64,000 nt of DNA from positions 2,544,776 to 2,608,775 of the forward strand of contig NC_057756.1 in the NCBI RefSeq assembly GCF_004010195.1, read 5' to 3'. Source of the DNA: Chiloscyllium plagiosum (lineage: Eukaryota). Below are positions 51,609 to 63,869 of the stretch, in pieces (position 1 is the first letter of the stretch; every line of letters begins with the position of its first letter). The notes under the pieces are model-generated. The model saw only the letters and a program-made list of their open reading frames with translations, ran no database searches and had not been told where the DNA came from. The position numbers were made by a program, and so were the translations under genes.

Positions 51609-51633
51609 ATATGAAGAAAGAAGTGCAAGGAAG
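51609..51633 (+). pseudogene. Heptad micro-exon copy with dead acceptor and 4-nt insertion
   Basis: TTTTCCCTGCGA | ATATGAAG(AAAG)AAGTGCAAGGAAG | GTGAGG; paralogue of 61880-61900. Confidence 0.65.
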
Positions 51634-53232
51634 GTGAGGCTCATTAATCGGAAAAATCTTTGCTGAGTGGAAAAGAGTATATGGATTGGTCATTCAATTT
51701 CATGACCAAATGGCAGAAGACAGTTATAAGTATTTCTCCAACAAAATTACTTATAGCACAACATAGTACTCTGGTGATTCGAAGAATTGGAAAATAAACA
51801 TACCTTACAACATGATGCGCTGAACCGTAAATTCCAAATCTTTTCATGACAGTAAATTTGAAATATGGGGTGCATTTGCTAAAGTAAAAGCGGATTGGCT
51901 AGTAATAATTTTCACATCATATTAAAACCATGCATATCAATTTTATTACATATAGAATAATCTTGGTAATTCCCCAAATTTGTGCCAAAGTTAATCTGTT
52001 CTGCAAATCCATCCTTAGATAATTTGATATTTCGAAACGTGTTGTTTAATGTGATCTTACTAAAACCCTGAAGGAATATAAAAATTGTCGAATTGCAATA
52101 ACGAAAATCACATCAAGCATTATCAAATCTATCGTGCAGCTGACATAAATGCTACACTCAACATTACCTGTAGGGCATGGCACACAAACAAAGAACGCCA
52201 ATAACAGCAACACGCACGTCAATTTCGCTGTCTGATTGATCGTCACGTATTAACAACTGCTTGAAATCCAAACCACTAGATGATGAAAATAATCACAAAA
52301 GGGATACCACTTGCATGTCGCCCCAAGAAGTATTTCATGGAGCACAATGTACAGACACAAACTCGCCAGATATGTCATTCTGTTTTTATTTCACTCAAAC
52401 AGATCCGTTCACAAATTCTCTCCACCCAGTCTCATTCAAAAAAAAGAAAAGGAATGTACTGACTCATCCAACAACCTGCTAACAGGTTGTCAGCGATTTT
52501 ACATTTACCAGTTTAGGACCAGACAAATCCAGTTCCACACCACACATTCAATTTGACACAGGTGATTCTGGATAGATCTTTTTTTAAAACAACACTTTTT
52601 CCCCAATTCCACTATATCGTCGTCGACCACTGAACAAATTATTTGATATCCTGCAACCAATGCATTAACACCATACCCAGCAATTCTACAAATTCTTAAT
52701 CTGCAAACCATTATCGTTAACAGCACACTACTGTTCTACTTCTCAGTGATTTGGCAACCAGAGCTCACATCGAACACCGGAATGATAAAGGCAATTACCT
52801 CGATACAACATTATTCATTCTTCTTCCTGTCTGCATCGGCAAAAAAACCCTGCAATTCAAATAGACATACCAACCACTCAAGCCTTCAAAATTGCAGGAC
52901 TGTTCCTGACCACTTAGTTAAAAAGAAATCTCCTTTCTCAATTTCAGTAAAGATTTACATTCATACAAATCAGACAGAAGGAACATCAAAAAAAAAATGT
53001 GTTGATTGTTCAGAAATTCTATTTGATCCGGCCAAAAAATATTGTATTATTCCAAACGAGATGCGACAGAAATGAACAGAAAATGAACGAATTTCGATGA
53101 ATCTAGCGGAGTATGTACTCCAATCTCGATATGAAATCCAATTTCGGAAGCTAATCAGAGATTTATCTTTGGGGAAAAAATGGTGTGCTGAATTTTGTAA
53201 ATGTGGGACTTGATGAAATGTGGGAAAGCGTG

Positions 53233-53294
<62 letters not shown>

Positions 53295-53348
53295 GATCTA
53301 TCTATATATCTATCTATTTATCTATCTATTTATCTATCTGTCTCTCTC

Positions 53349-53387
<39 letters not shown>

Positions 53388-53471
53388 NNNNNNNNNNNNN
53401 NNNNNNNNNNNNNNNNNNNNNNNNNNNNNNNNNNNNNNNNNNNNNNNNNNNNNNNNNNNNNNNNNNNNNNN

Positions 53472-53526
<55 letters not shown>

Positions 53527-53580
53527 TACACACACGCACACATGCACACGTGCGCGCACACACACGCACATACATATACA
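53233..53580. repeat. Compound microsatellite (TCTA)n, assembly gap, (TA)n, (CA)n
   Basis: TCTA repeats 53233-53387, 84 N at 53388-53471, TA repeats to ~53528, imperfect CA/CG to ~53580. Confidence 0.98.
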
Positions 53581-53619
53581 TGAATTGAGATGCAAATGTA
53601 GTTCAGTTAAACAAACAGA

Positions 53620-54390
53620 ACACTTACTGATAGATTTTATATGGTATAAAATTGAGGGTACAGTGGACAGTGAAGACAATTATCTAAGAGTATCTTGGGA
53701 TCTTGATGTCCCGTGCCAATTAGCCAAGCAGTAGATGTTGCTTTAATAAAATAAATTCGAGCAGTTTTTTTTGTAAAACAACTCACATCAGGAATTACAC
53801 AGTCCATATTAGGAAATGTTAAGCCGAGAGTTTGAGGGACTCTGGTACATATGTCATTCAAAGTGGTATTACAGATTGACGGTGTGGGGAAGAATGCATT
53901 TGGCAAGTATGAGAAAACCATAAGAAAAGTTTCCCTGTTTCTTACCAGTACAGGCCTTGACTTACTAGACGAACTTGGATTAAATGCAATTGTTTTTCCC
54001 CTGGAAGTTCATACGTTGAGGCTTGACCTTGAACACTGTTATAAAGCTTTAGATAAGGTAAGAACGAATGTCTTTTCTGCATGGCAGGGAGGTTCAAAGC
54101 TACATGGGAAAGGTTGTAGTTGAGAGTGGAAATACTTAAAAGTCAATTGTGGAGCAATGTTTAAATACAGAGTTTGCTTCGTAAACGGCATTCACTTCTA
54201 TATAAAGTAATACATGCAGTCAGAGTTATGCATTTAAAATATATTCTGTTAAATGCATGAAATGTAAATCCTTGCATGGATTGAACCAAACGCAGGCAAA
54301 TAGGACAGATTTGTTTTTAGAAACATGGTTGGTTTGGACCAATTCTATTGAAGAGCAGGTTTTCTTGCTGCATGCATGCAGGATTCTACG
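53620..54390 (+). mobile_element. Old CR1 fragment (paralogous remnant starts at ~63580)
   Basis: Degenerate KIGGTVDSEDNYLRV.WDLD, RDSGVHMS.KV..QID and CR1 tail. Confidence 0.65.
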
Positions 54391-56384
54391 AGCATAAAAT
54401 GATCAATATGATCTCAGTAATAGATCTTGTTTCCATTTGTCCATTTCATTTCATTTAATATTCCATTGCACGTTTGCAGATCTAGCAAACGCAAATATCT
54501 GATGAGTATTTTCATATTTGAAATCACTAAACAATCTTGCAGTGCCCTTGTTGGCCACAATCCTGTGAGATGCCAATGCCATGGAATTTTATTATCCTCC
54601 GCATGTGTTGAAAATACTTATGATGAAGGAGATGCTCACTCTAAAAAACTGTATTAAAATCGTAAGTGACTGCTGGATTTTAGTTTACAAAATGAGGAAT
54701 CGTCTCCAAAGGTATGAAAATTTTGCGAAATACATTAGGCGATTAACAGGAACTGTCGTGAACATGAGTTTATTGGTAAACTGCTTTGAGATGTTTTGTA
54801 TACAAGAAACATCAGTTATATAAATCCTTTGAACTTTTTCTAACTGAGGATAAATCGAATGAGGGATACACCCTTGGCCAGTTTGGGCGACCGACAATTT
54901 AAGTGTGAATAAGAGTTGTGACAATTAAAATTGAGGAAGCAATCAACACATGTATTATTATAAAACTGTATAGAAGAGCAGAAGTCGTGAACATTATGCA
55001 TTTCCTTTGAGAAAATTTGAGGGATGAAGTAAAGTTGAGATATACAGCACAGAAAGATAATGACATTAACGTTAGCTGCAATAAAATCTATTGAATTCTG
55101 TGAACATAAAAGAATGACAATATGTATCTGTTCTAAAAGTATAATATAAATCGACATAGATTACGAAAATAACAGTCAGAAGATCCACATAATTTGGCAA
55201 TAATTTAAGTTTGTTGGATCTGTTTTAGACGTAAAAGTAAGGGCCACGGTATTTCAAGCGTTGCTTCCTTGTTTCTTCTTTACATTTTAAACACGTACAT
55301 AGTACAATATCTATAGTTCTAATCCAATAAGGAGTATTGTAGAAATCCGTTATTTAATTTAACCACAACGACAAAATTCATGAACCCAAAGAGGAAATGC
55401 ATTCATACTTATGTTGCCTGAAGTTTCAACATTTAAATTCAAAAAACGACTACCTGTACGTGAACACAAACAAACTCTCATTGAAAATGATAAACATGAT
55501 TAATGCATTTGCTAATGGTGTGTGGGTCTTCAAACATTCCAAACAAATCCAACCAAATTTACGAAGAAATGCAAAGTAACAACAGCTAATGCAGTAAATA
55601 TTACATAGAAAACGGTGAAAAAACTGCAATTGTCATGTTGATGGTTAAGATTGTGGGAAAAAATGGCTAAAGTTTTGTTGAACGAAAGTTGGATTTAGAT
55701 ATGTTTTGTTTGATAAAACGCGATCAATTCAGAAGAATTGCATTACAGTTGTAAAATAATCACCCTGCACGCCTTTCCTCACAGAGGTGAGGCTAGTAAA
55801 AAGTCTAACTGTTGGTTATTATGTATTTCACCTTGATTTTATGGGTTTATAATCTGAATGGCAAATGTGTCACGATGTTATTTGCATTCACTATCCTGAA
55901 TAACCTTTTAAATTTGCTTCAAATGTGGCTTCAAAGTGTGTGTCAAAGGTTGTCCTCGTTCAATCTGCTCTGCCGAGAAACGATCCAAAGATCCATGGGA
56001 CATGCATAATACACGCAGATTGCATGTAGAGTAGGGGCGGGGAATGGAAGACATTGGAAGCTGAAACATGCTTTCGATGTGTAAATAAATTGTCTTGGCA
56101 TTGCTATGAACACTTAAAGTTGTTTAGCAAATCACATTTTCCATATCAGTCTGACGTTAAACGTGGCAGTATACGATGAAGTGTTAGACACAGTTAATGT
56201 CACTTGCATTTCTGGCACAAAATTGGAAATGTATTTATCCCTGAACATTTGGACACTAGGTACTTCATGATAGAAGCTTGCTGTGACATAATGAATGCCA
56301 ACACATGTTTTGTTTGTCAGTACATTTGAAAGAAAAATGAATCATCTACGACACAGTACCTTGCACCATCTGGAGCTGGCTCAG

Positions 56385-56580
56385 TAATGTCTTGCTGGAA
56401 AAGAACAGCAGATTTAACAGCATTCCAGGACCAGTAGTCATCGACGTTTTCATCAGAAGACCTTCCTCAGGAGTCGATACTTCGATTCTCCTGCTCCTCA
56501 GATGTTGTTCAACCAGCTATGGTTTTCCCGCAGCACACTTTTGGAATGCTTTCTTCAGCCTCTGCAGTCCTCATCTTTTT
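56385..56580. mobile_element. Older fold-back element of the family at 63681-63869
   Basis: GCTGGAAAAGAACAGCAG...CGACGTTT / TCGATTCTCCTGCTCCTCAGATG...CAGCACAC arms; absent from the paralogous site near 47340. Confidence 0.7.
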
Positions 56581-56989
56581 CTGCTCTCTGTAATGTATCC
56601 AACTTTTTAGGGAAGGTGAACATTTTGTTAGGCATGCTGCAATGTTTCAGCATGAGATCTTAAATAATTTTAACTGTTATGCAACACCTTTTGACAAAAA
56701 TTGGACACGTCTAGTATCGACACTGAATTAATCAAGCAGAGATTGACTTCATGCTGAGTACAGACAGGAAGTACATAAGACATCTCCTAGTGTCCCATTT
56801 GGAATTTCTTGCACTTTACACCCAATAAGCTATCCAAAACGAATTCCTCCGATTATGGGCATGGTTTCCAGAAACGCAACAGCAGTAGACAAGTCAAAAC
56901 ACCAGATAATAGTACTCACATATTAACATACAAATAGTTGGATATTTGAATTTAGTGTTCACATCTGAATTTCTGAAACGCGAACAAAG

Positions 56990-58040
56990 GCAAAGTTTGT
57001 TGGTGGAGTGTTGATTTTCAGGCTGAAAGCCTGTGACCAGATGTGTGCATGAATAATTTGGGGCTGGATTCACTGCTTTGCAGTATTTTTATAAATGATT
57101 TGGATGTGAACATAGGAGGTATATTTCATACTTTTACAAGTTGCAAAATTGCAAGCATAGGGGATAGTGAATAAGGTTACCTCAGAATTAAACGGGGTCT
57201 TGATCATAAGGGCCAATGGACTGAGCAGTGGCAGGTGGTGTATGGTTTTGAGAAATGTGCTGTGCCACATTTTGGAAGGACGAATAAAAGTAGGATGTAC
57301 ACACTTAATGGTAATGTCCGGATCAGTGCAGCTGTGCAGCTCTTGAAATGCAGGTTTTCAGTCCCTTGAAAGTAGTGTCGCAGATAGACTGAATAGTGAC
57401 AATGGAGTTTGGAATGCTTTGCTTTATTGATCGGAGCATTCCATACAGGAGTTGGGAAAGCATGCTGTGGTTGTAGAGAAATTTCGTTAGTCCACGTTTG
57501 GAATATTGCATTTAATTAGACCTCCCTCCTGTCAGAATGTGCTGTGACACTTGGAAGGCTTCTGAAAAGGTGTATAAGGACGTTTCCAGGATTGCAGGAT
57601 TTGAGTAAAATTGGGATACTGAATAAGCTGTGGCTGTTTTCACTGAACTATGGAATGTCGAGGTCTGTCCTTATAAGGTTTATGAAACCGTAAGAGGCAT
57701 GAATAGGGCAAATAGACAGAGTCTTGTCCCTAGGGTGATGGAGTACAAATCTAGAGATCATAAGTTTACATGACAGGAGAAAAAATAGTAAAAGGAAACT
57801 GAGGGGCAAATTAGTCACGCAGGGGTTGGTGCATGTAGGGAATGAGACGACATAGAAGATGGTAGAGAAAGGTACCCTTCCAAACTTCAACCGGTGTCTG
57901 ACTCGGTATATGACTGGAAAGGCTTTGGAGCAATTTCGGCCAAGTACTGGCAAATGAGACTAAAATAGGTTCGCATGACTGTTCGGAATAAATGTGATGA
58001 ACTGAACATTCTGCTTCCATACTTTAAATCTGTATAACTC
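56990..58040 (+). mobile_element. CR1 LINE fragment specific to copy 3
   Basis: WKPVT...LGL..F..FINDLD, SPRLEYCI, LRGKL..Q.LVHV.NE motifs and CR1 tail. Confidence 0.8.
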
Positions 58041-58946
58041 TAGGGCTTCACGAAGAAGCACTGTCACCTGATAACCGGCAGCACTTAACCTCATAAGAAA
58101 ATACGCCATTGCCTCATTAGGTATGTCATTATCTGCATCTTATACATTTATCCATCAACTACTTCTTTGAGAACTTGAATTCTTTCAGGTTTCGAGAACA
58201 AAGTGACTGCACAGAAACATAAACTGATGCTTAAGTTCAACTGTCAGCATTTCCACGTATTCAGTTGCCACTGCTATCTGTGTGTTAAAGGAATCTGAGA
58301 CTTCAGTCTTGCTATCGCAGCAATAAATTCTAATTGCATAATTATGAGTTTGACATCAATAACTTGTCCCGTTACATCAAACTATTAAATGCATGCATTT
58401 AAATACGAACTATCAATAAATATTTCGTCGCCATGAACTCCAGGCCAATCATTCATCAGAAGCATTAGAAACATTCCATCAGCTTTACGCCATCACCTAA
58501 ATTGACCCCTTAAATCTTACTTATTTAGGACTATATCCGAATTAATCTGGCACATGCACAGGAAGCACCGGGCTGAAAGAACAGATTAGCACTTGGTTTA
58601 CAAGCAGTCCAAATATGCATTTATGACACACACCCCATATACTGTTACACGTTCTCAATATGAATTAGGTTCATTTCATCTATGGGTAGTGATTGCATTG
58701 CCCAGGCAATTGCCATTCACAGTTTTTGATCCATTAGATTATCATAAGCTGATGCACATTGATTGATATGCTGGCGTCGTTTTAGATCATGAAATGAAAA
58801 TCAGCATTCAGATTTTGTGGAACTCTGATTTTTGAATGACAGCAAAAGAGTTGTACTATTATCTGCACTGCTGTCAATATTCGTGGGTTATTGAGACGAC
58901 TACACTGCCTTCGTAAATATTTGTAACTTCCTGTTGAATCTTACAG

Positions 58947-58967
58947 CATTCAGAAAATGCCAAGAAG
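58947..58967 (+). CDS. 21-nt heptad micro-exon (A)FRKCQE
   Basis: AATCTTACAG | CATTCAGAAAATGCCAAGAAG | GTGAGA. Confidence 0.7.
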
Positions 58968-61422
58968 GTGAGAACCCTAAAACTCTGCAGATACTCTGCA
59001 GCTGAAATGACAGCGAAATGTGATTGACATAGAAAGTCTTCAATTCTGATGGAATTAGATTAATAAATAATGTTGGTGTGCTTTGCTAGAAAAAAATGGT
59101 TAAAAGGGTTCCATCTGTTCGATGCCATGGTTATTAACCCTCGTTATCCAATATGAAATATACATTGAAAATCTGTCTAACGTCTAAAACCATGGCCGAC
59201 CATTAAGTACTAGTAAATAGAAAACTGGTACAATCTTGTACAACATCACAAATACGCAAAAACACTTTGTGTTTATGCAATCAGTTGATAAACCTGGCAG
59301 TATCCAGAACATATACATAGACCATACTGTGAACGCTGCTATGTATTAGGCCACAGACATTCAAAACATTTCAAGAAAATTTTCGTAACAGTAACGTTTT
59401 CAACAGATATAAGTTGGATATTCCAGAAGAGATGCAGCTTGTCAAAACATTCATTTTTAAAGCAAAGTTATTTAGTCTACCGAATGAAAAACCCACAAAC
59501 CAAAGCAGACTTTACAATAACAACTATCTGAAAACCCAATGGATGCGTTAGCCCACCAAACATAAGACAGCACTGTCCCGGTTTCGTACAAGATCCCATA
59601 AGCACTCCATCTGGCTAAAATATAAAGTCAAACATCAGTTCTCACAGGAAAGAAAGATAGCTGGCAGGATTATTCAGAGATTACTGTGTGAAACATGGAA
59701 CTTTCCTTTTCCCAGCAGATTCTCGGGGTCCCAACCGAATACTAAACAAAACTGGAAATTTGTTTCAACTGGGAGAAAGAGTCTCTCCAACTGCATGGTA
59801 TAACTGTCCATAAAAATAAACAAACTGGATTATCTCCTTTCCCGGATTGTTGCCTGGGGCAGATTCTGGTAGCCATAATTAAAGTGACATAAATTCAGAC
59901 AATTCAGTATATCAGTTCGTTATGTCTCCTTCATTAAAAAACAAAGGAAAACTGAACCTTTTTAGAGATGCAGCAGTGTCACAGTACGCAATAAAATGCA
60001 AACTTACAGTAGTTCTCGTCTTAAAACACAATCAATGACATTTTCGCTGCCTCAAATGAACACCAATATAATTATATCCGAGCATTCACAATGCCTAAAA
60101 CGAATTTACATTAGAAATTTGTCCAGCCACTAAACCTCACATTTATGGACAGCCCAGGAAACAAGGTGAAAAGTCGATCGGTCTTTTCCACTAGCTTGCA
60201 TATGTTCACGATGAGTGTGTTGCATGTACGGATTGAGCTGCCAGAATAAGTGGTGAAGGCAGCTGCAATTACAACACGAAAAAACATTTTGATGGTAGAT
60301 TGAAATGAAGTGTTCAGAGGGACGTAGATCAAGTAATGGCAATTTGTACTCGAGTAGTTTCTGATTTCTGATCGTCATGGACGAGTTGGAGCGAAGGATC
60401 TGTTTCTCTGTTGTACATTTCTATGATTCGAAGAACTGACCATCTTTTAGTTTTTATGTGCATGCCACACATTCATTTAAATGTCACTTCATTGCGAAAA
60501 CGGCACATGTCTTATGATATGGCATCCTATACTTCACCCATGATCAAACATTTTTATCGGCTAATTTAAGAGAAAGGACTTTGGCAGTGATCTCACAGGC
60601 AATATTCATTGGAGCACATGCAGTGGAATCTGCAGCCATTCTCCAGTAACAATTCGCGGAGCATTACGTCTTCACAAACAGTAACATACAACATTTTCTT
60701 CAGCAAGTGTCACCATACATGGGATCTAAAATTGCAGACAAACTTCTCCACATTTGTTCTAATACATTGCACATTTGGTATCCTAAAATCATACACTTGT
60801 CATTATGGATAATAAAATAAGAAAAAAAAAACAGCAACTGCACAATGGGTTAACGAACACTTAGTATTCCCAGTTCTTTCTCCACAGGTGAGAAAATAAG
60901 TTTCATCGTCACAGTATCGTTTCTGACATCAACATGTCAATGAATTTACATAAGAGTCTTTATCTTATTCAAACAAGATTTATTTGCATTAATTTTATGA
61001 ACGATGGAGCGTTAGCCATTATATGCATTTTCTATATGAACGTCATTCAGCATGGTATGATGCACCAGCAGAAATGTATTCACAAAATTCAGGCTATGCC
61101 TAAGAAACTGCAAGCAAAAAAAAAGGTACATTCCATATTGAGTAAGTAGAATGCATTTCAGAACGAAATGATGAAATATTAGATATACAGAATTTCTAGT
61201 CAGTACTATATGGTAAAATATAACAAATAATAACAAAGAAACAACTGTTGTCAAAGTTTAGTCAGGATTAATGTTGAGATTAAGTGAAGTATAAAAAAGA
61301 AGGAGTGCCTCAATTCATTAGCACGGAGCTAAATTCTCTATATTTCCAATAATAACGACTACTGCATCCAATTCATAATATATTGCTACAGCAGAAACTA
61401 GTTGCCATTTTCCCATTTGCAG

Positions 61423-61443
61423 ATTATGCAGCCAAAAATGTTT
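61423..61443 (+). CDS. 21-nt heptad micro-exon (D)YAAKNV
   Basis: TTTTCCCATTTGCAG | ATTATGCAGCCAAAAATGTTT | GTGAGA. Confidence 0.65.
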
Positions 61444-61577
61444 GTGAGATTATGTCAGAAAAAAAGACTTAGCTGTGATGGGAATTTTCACATTAAACCA
61501 ACATAAAATGTTCTGTTAGAATTCAGAATGAAAGAATTTTTTCTTTTATTTAATATGTGCTTTCTGTCTCTGTGCAG

Positions 61578-61594
61578 TTGATAAAACCAAGTGA
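61578..61594 (+). CDS. Candidate stop-containing (terminal) exon start, xDKTK*
   Basis: CTTTCTGTCTCTGTGCAG acceptor 134 nt after the previous donor; TGA at 61592-61594 in phase-1 frame. Confidence 0.4.
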
Positions 61595-61879
61595 TTCCGT
61601 TGCTTTGCAGCTATCTAGAGATACATTTAATCATGAATCAGAATTGGAATATCAGCGATCAAATAATGTAGATGTAACTAAAATAGTTCTAAATTACATT
61701 TCAATTCGTTGAGCCATTTGCACATTTAAATCGTATTTGTTAGAAATATGAGTATTGCTGCAGAACTCGCTGCTAAGTTAACTTTGCAATATTGCTGTCA
61801 ATAATCATATTTACCTGAAAAAGCAGAAATTTAAAAAAAACATGAAATACGATTCATATTTTACTAATTTGCCCTACAG

Positions 61880-61900
61880 ATATGAAGAAGTGCATGGAAG
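61880..61900 (+). CDS. 21-nt heptad micro-exon (D/Y)MKKCME
   Basis: TTACTAATTTGCCCTACAG | ATATGAAGAAGTGCATGGAAG | GTGAGA, with a branch-point-like TACTAAT. Confidence 0.7.
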
Positions 61901-63680
61901 GTGAGAATCATTAACTTAAAAAAAGAACTGTGCTGACCATATGAGACTCGATGAATTACTCATTGATTTTCACTCGACCATGGTTAAATGGCATATGTAA
62001 TTCCTAAGGTTACCTTCAACAGATATTATTGATAGCCGAAACTTGGCACTGTGGTGATTGGATGAATTGGATAATAAACATATTTTATAACATGATGGAA
62101 TGAAACATAAATTTCAGATTTTCTTGTGAGACTAAGTTTGCATCAGAAACTGAAATGGAATGCATTTGCTATACTAACAGTGCATTCCAAAGGTGGTGAT
62201 ATTTAGACCATATCAAGGTTATGTCGATTATTCCCTAAATCTATGCTGAAGTCAATCTATTCTGCAAATCCATCCTCGGGTAATTCAATAGTCAGAAATG
62301 TATAATATAATGTAAACTTACAAAAACACTGAAGAAATAAAAAAAAATCATCATCGAATTCCAATAAAAAACATCACATCACACAATATCAAACCCATCG
62401 TGCAGTTGACATCATAAATGTCACACTCAACACTATCGGTAGGGTACGGCCCATAAATGACGAACGCCTTTGCTGAGCAACAAATAGGTCAATTTCACAT
62501 TCTGCCTGATAGTCACCTATGAACAACCACTTGAAATGCAAACTACCAGAAGACTGAAAGAATTAGAACAGGGACACCACTTGCCTATGGGCAAAAGAAG
62601 AATGTGACGGGGCATGACATACTGCCACAGACTTACCAGAGTATTCCCTTTATTTCCAACTTGACTGCTTAGCAAATTCTCGTTGCACGCCCTCATTCAG
62701 AAAAAGAACGTATTGTCTCAACAACAACATGCTACCAGGTCCTTAGGGCTTTTACATTTCCCCGCTTCTGAAATGTCCAAATCCAGTAACTTCGCAGTCA
62801 TTCAACCTGACACAACTGACTCTGGATACATCTTGTTTACATCTTTTTCTCCCACTTCGACTTTATTGTCTTCAACCACAGAGCCAATTATTTGACTTCC
62901 TCCAGCCTATGCATTAAACAACACATACATCAAGTATTCCAATTTCTTAACTGCAATACTGACCCATTTAACAACATATTGCTACTGTACTTCTAACTTT
63001 TCTGTCATTTAAAGCTCGCATCTAACATTGGGTGGACGAAGTCAACTATCTCTTTGTTATGCCATCAATTCTTCGTCCAATCTACATCGGCAAATGTCTG
63101 CAGTTAGACGAGTTTAAAAACCATTCAAGCCTACATAGAAAAAAGCCGTTACACACCGTTAAGTTTACAAACATCTCCTCTCTCAGCATCTGTCAAGGTA
63201 ACTTCTTAAATTTTTAAAATCTGATTAAACTTCATGCAAAGAAGAAAGGAACATCAAAAAGCTTGTATTGACAATACAGATATTCTTTCTGATTTTGGTA
63301 GCAAATTTGTGATTTTATCCAACTGTCATGTGATGCGAAATGAAGACAGAATGAATATCATTTAGAATTAATGTAGGAAACCATGTTTTCTAAAGTCAAT
63401 ATGAAATCCCACTTTCGAATCCATTCAGATTTTTTTTGTTTGAAGAAACACATGGTGTGACAACTTTTATCCATGTTCACTTGATGAAATGTTGGACAGT
63501 GTATTACTCATTTATGTTTTTTTTAATTGAGTTGCAAATGTAGTTAAGAAAGATAATCAGAACAAAAACTAATGTATTTTATTTTGCATACATTTGATGG
63601 AATAGTGGACAGTAACAGCAGATATCTAAGAGCGTTCTGGGATTTTTATGAGCGAGGTAAATTGGCAGAGTATTGTTAGA

Positions 63681-63869
63681 GAGGTAAAAACAATGACTGC
63701 AGATGCTGGAAACCAGATTCTGGATTAGTGGTGCTGGAAGAGCACAGCAGTTCAGGCAGAATCCAAGGAGCAGCGAAATCGACGTGATGAAGGGCGTTTG
63801 CCCGAAACGTCGATTTCGCTGCTCCTTGAATGCTGCCTGAACTGCAGTGCTCTTCCAGCACCACTAATC
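63681..63869. mobile_element. Young fold-back Penelope-derived element with hammerhead motif and 15-bp TSD
   Basis: 67-bp inverted arms 63719-63785 and 63807-63873; loop TGATGAAGGGCGTTTGCCCGAAACGTC; CAGAGTATTGTTAGA at 63666-63680 and 63870-63884. Confidence 0.9.

Larger units (their letters stand above)
46050..54400. repeat. Segmental duplication R, copy 2
   Basis: Colinear with ~55000-64000 (e.g. 46365 vs 55372, 48660 vs 58930, 51230 vs 61416, 53583 vs 63525). Confidence 0.9.

Noticed and set aside
52160..53020. Possible ancient Penelope RT remnant shared with ~62420-63200
   Set aside because: Too degenerate to name from motifs by eye
53185..53734. Low-complexity ORFs (YLSI, YIYI repeats)
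   Set aside because: Translation of microsatellite and N gap
55741..55791. Donor-like AG/GTGAG shared with ~46775
   Set aside because: Upstream AGs give 2-nt or 38-nt exons, the latter with a stop in phase 1; no consistent exon in both copies
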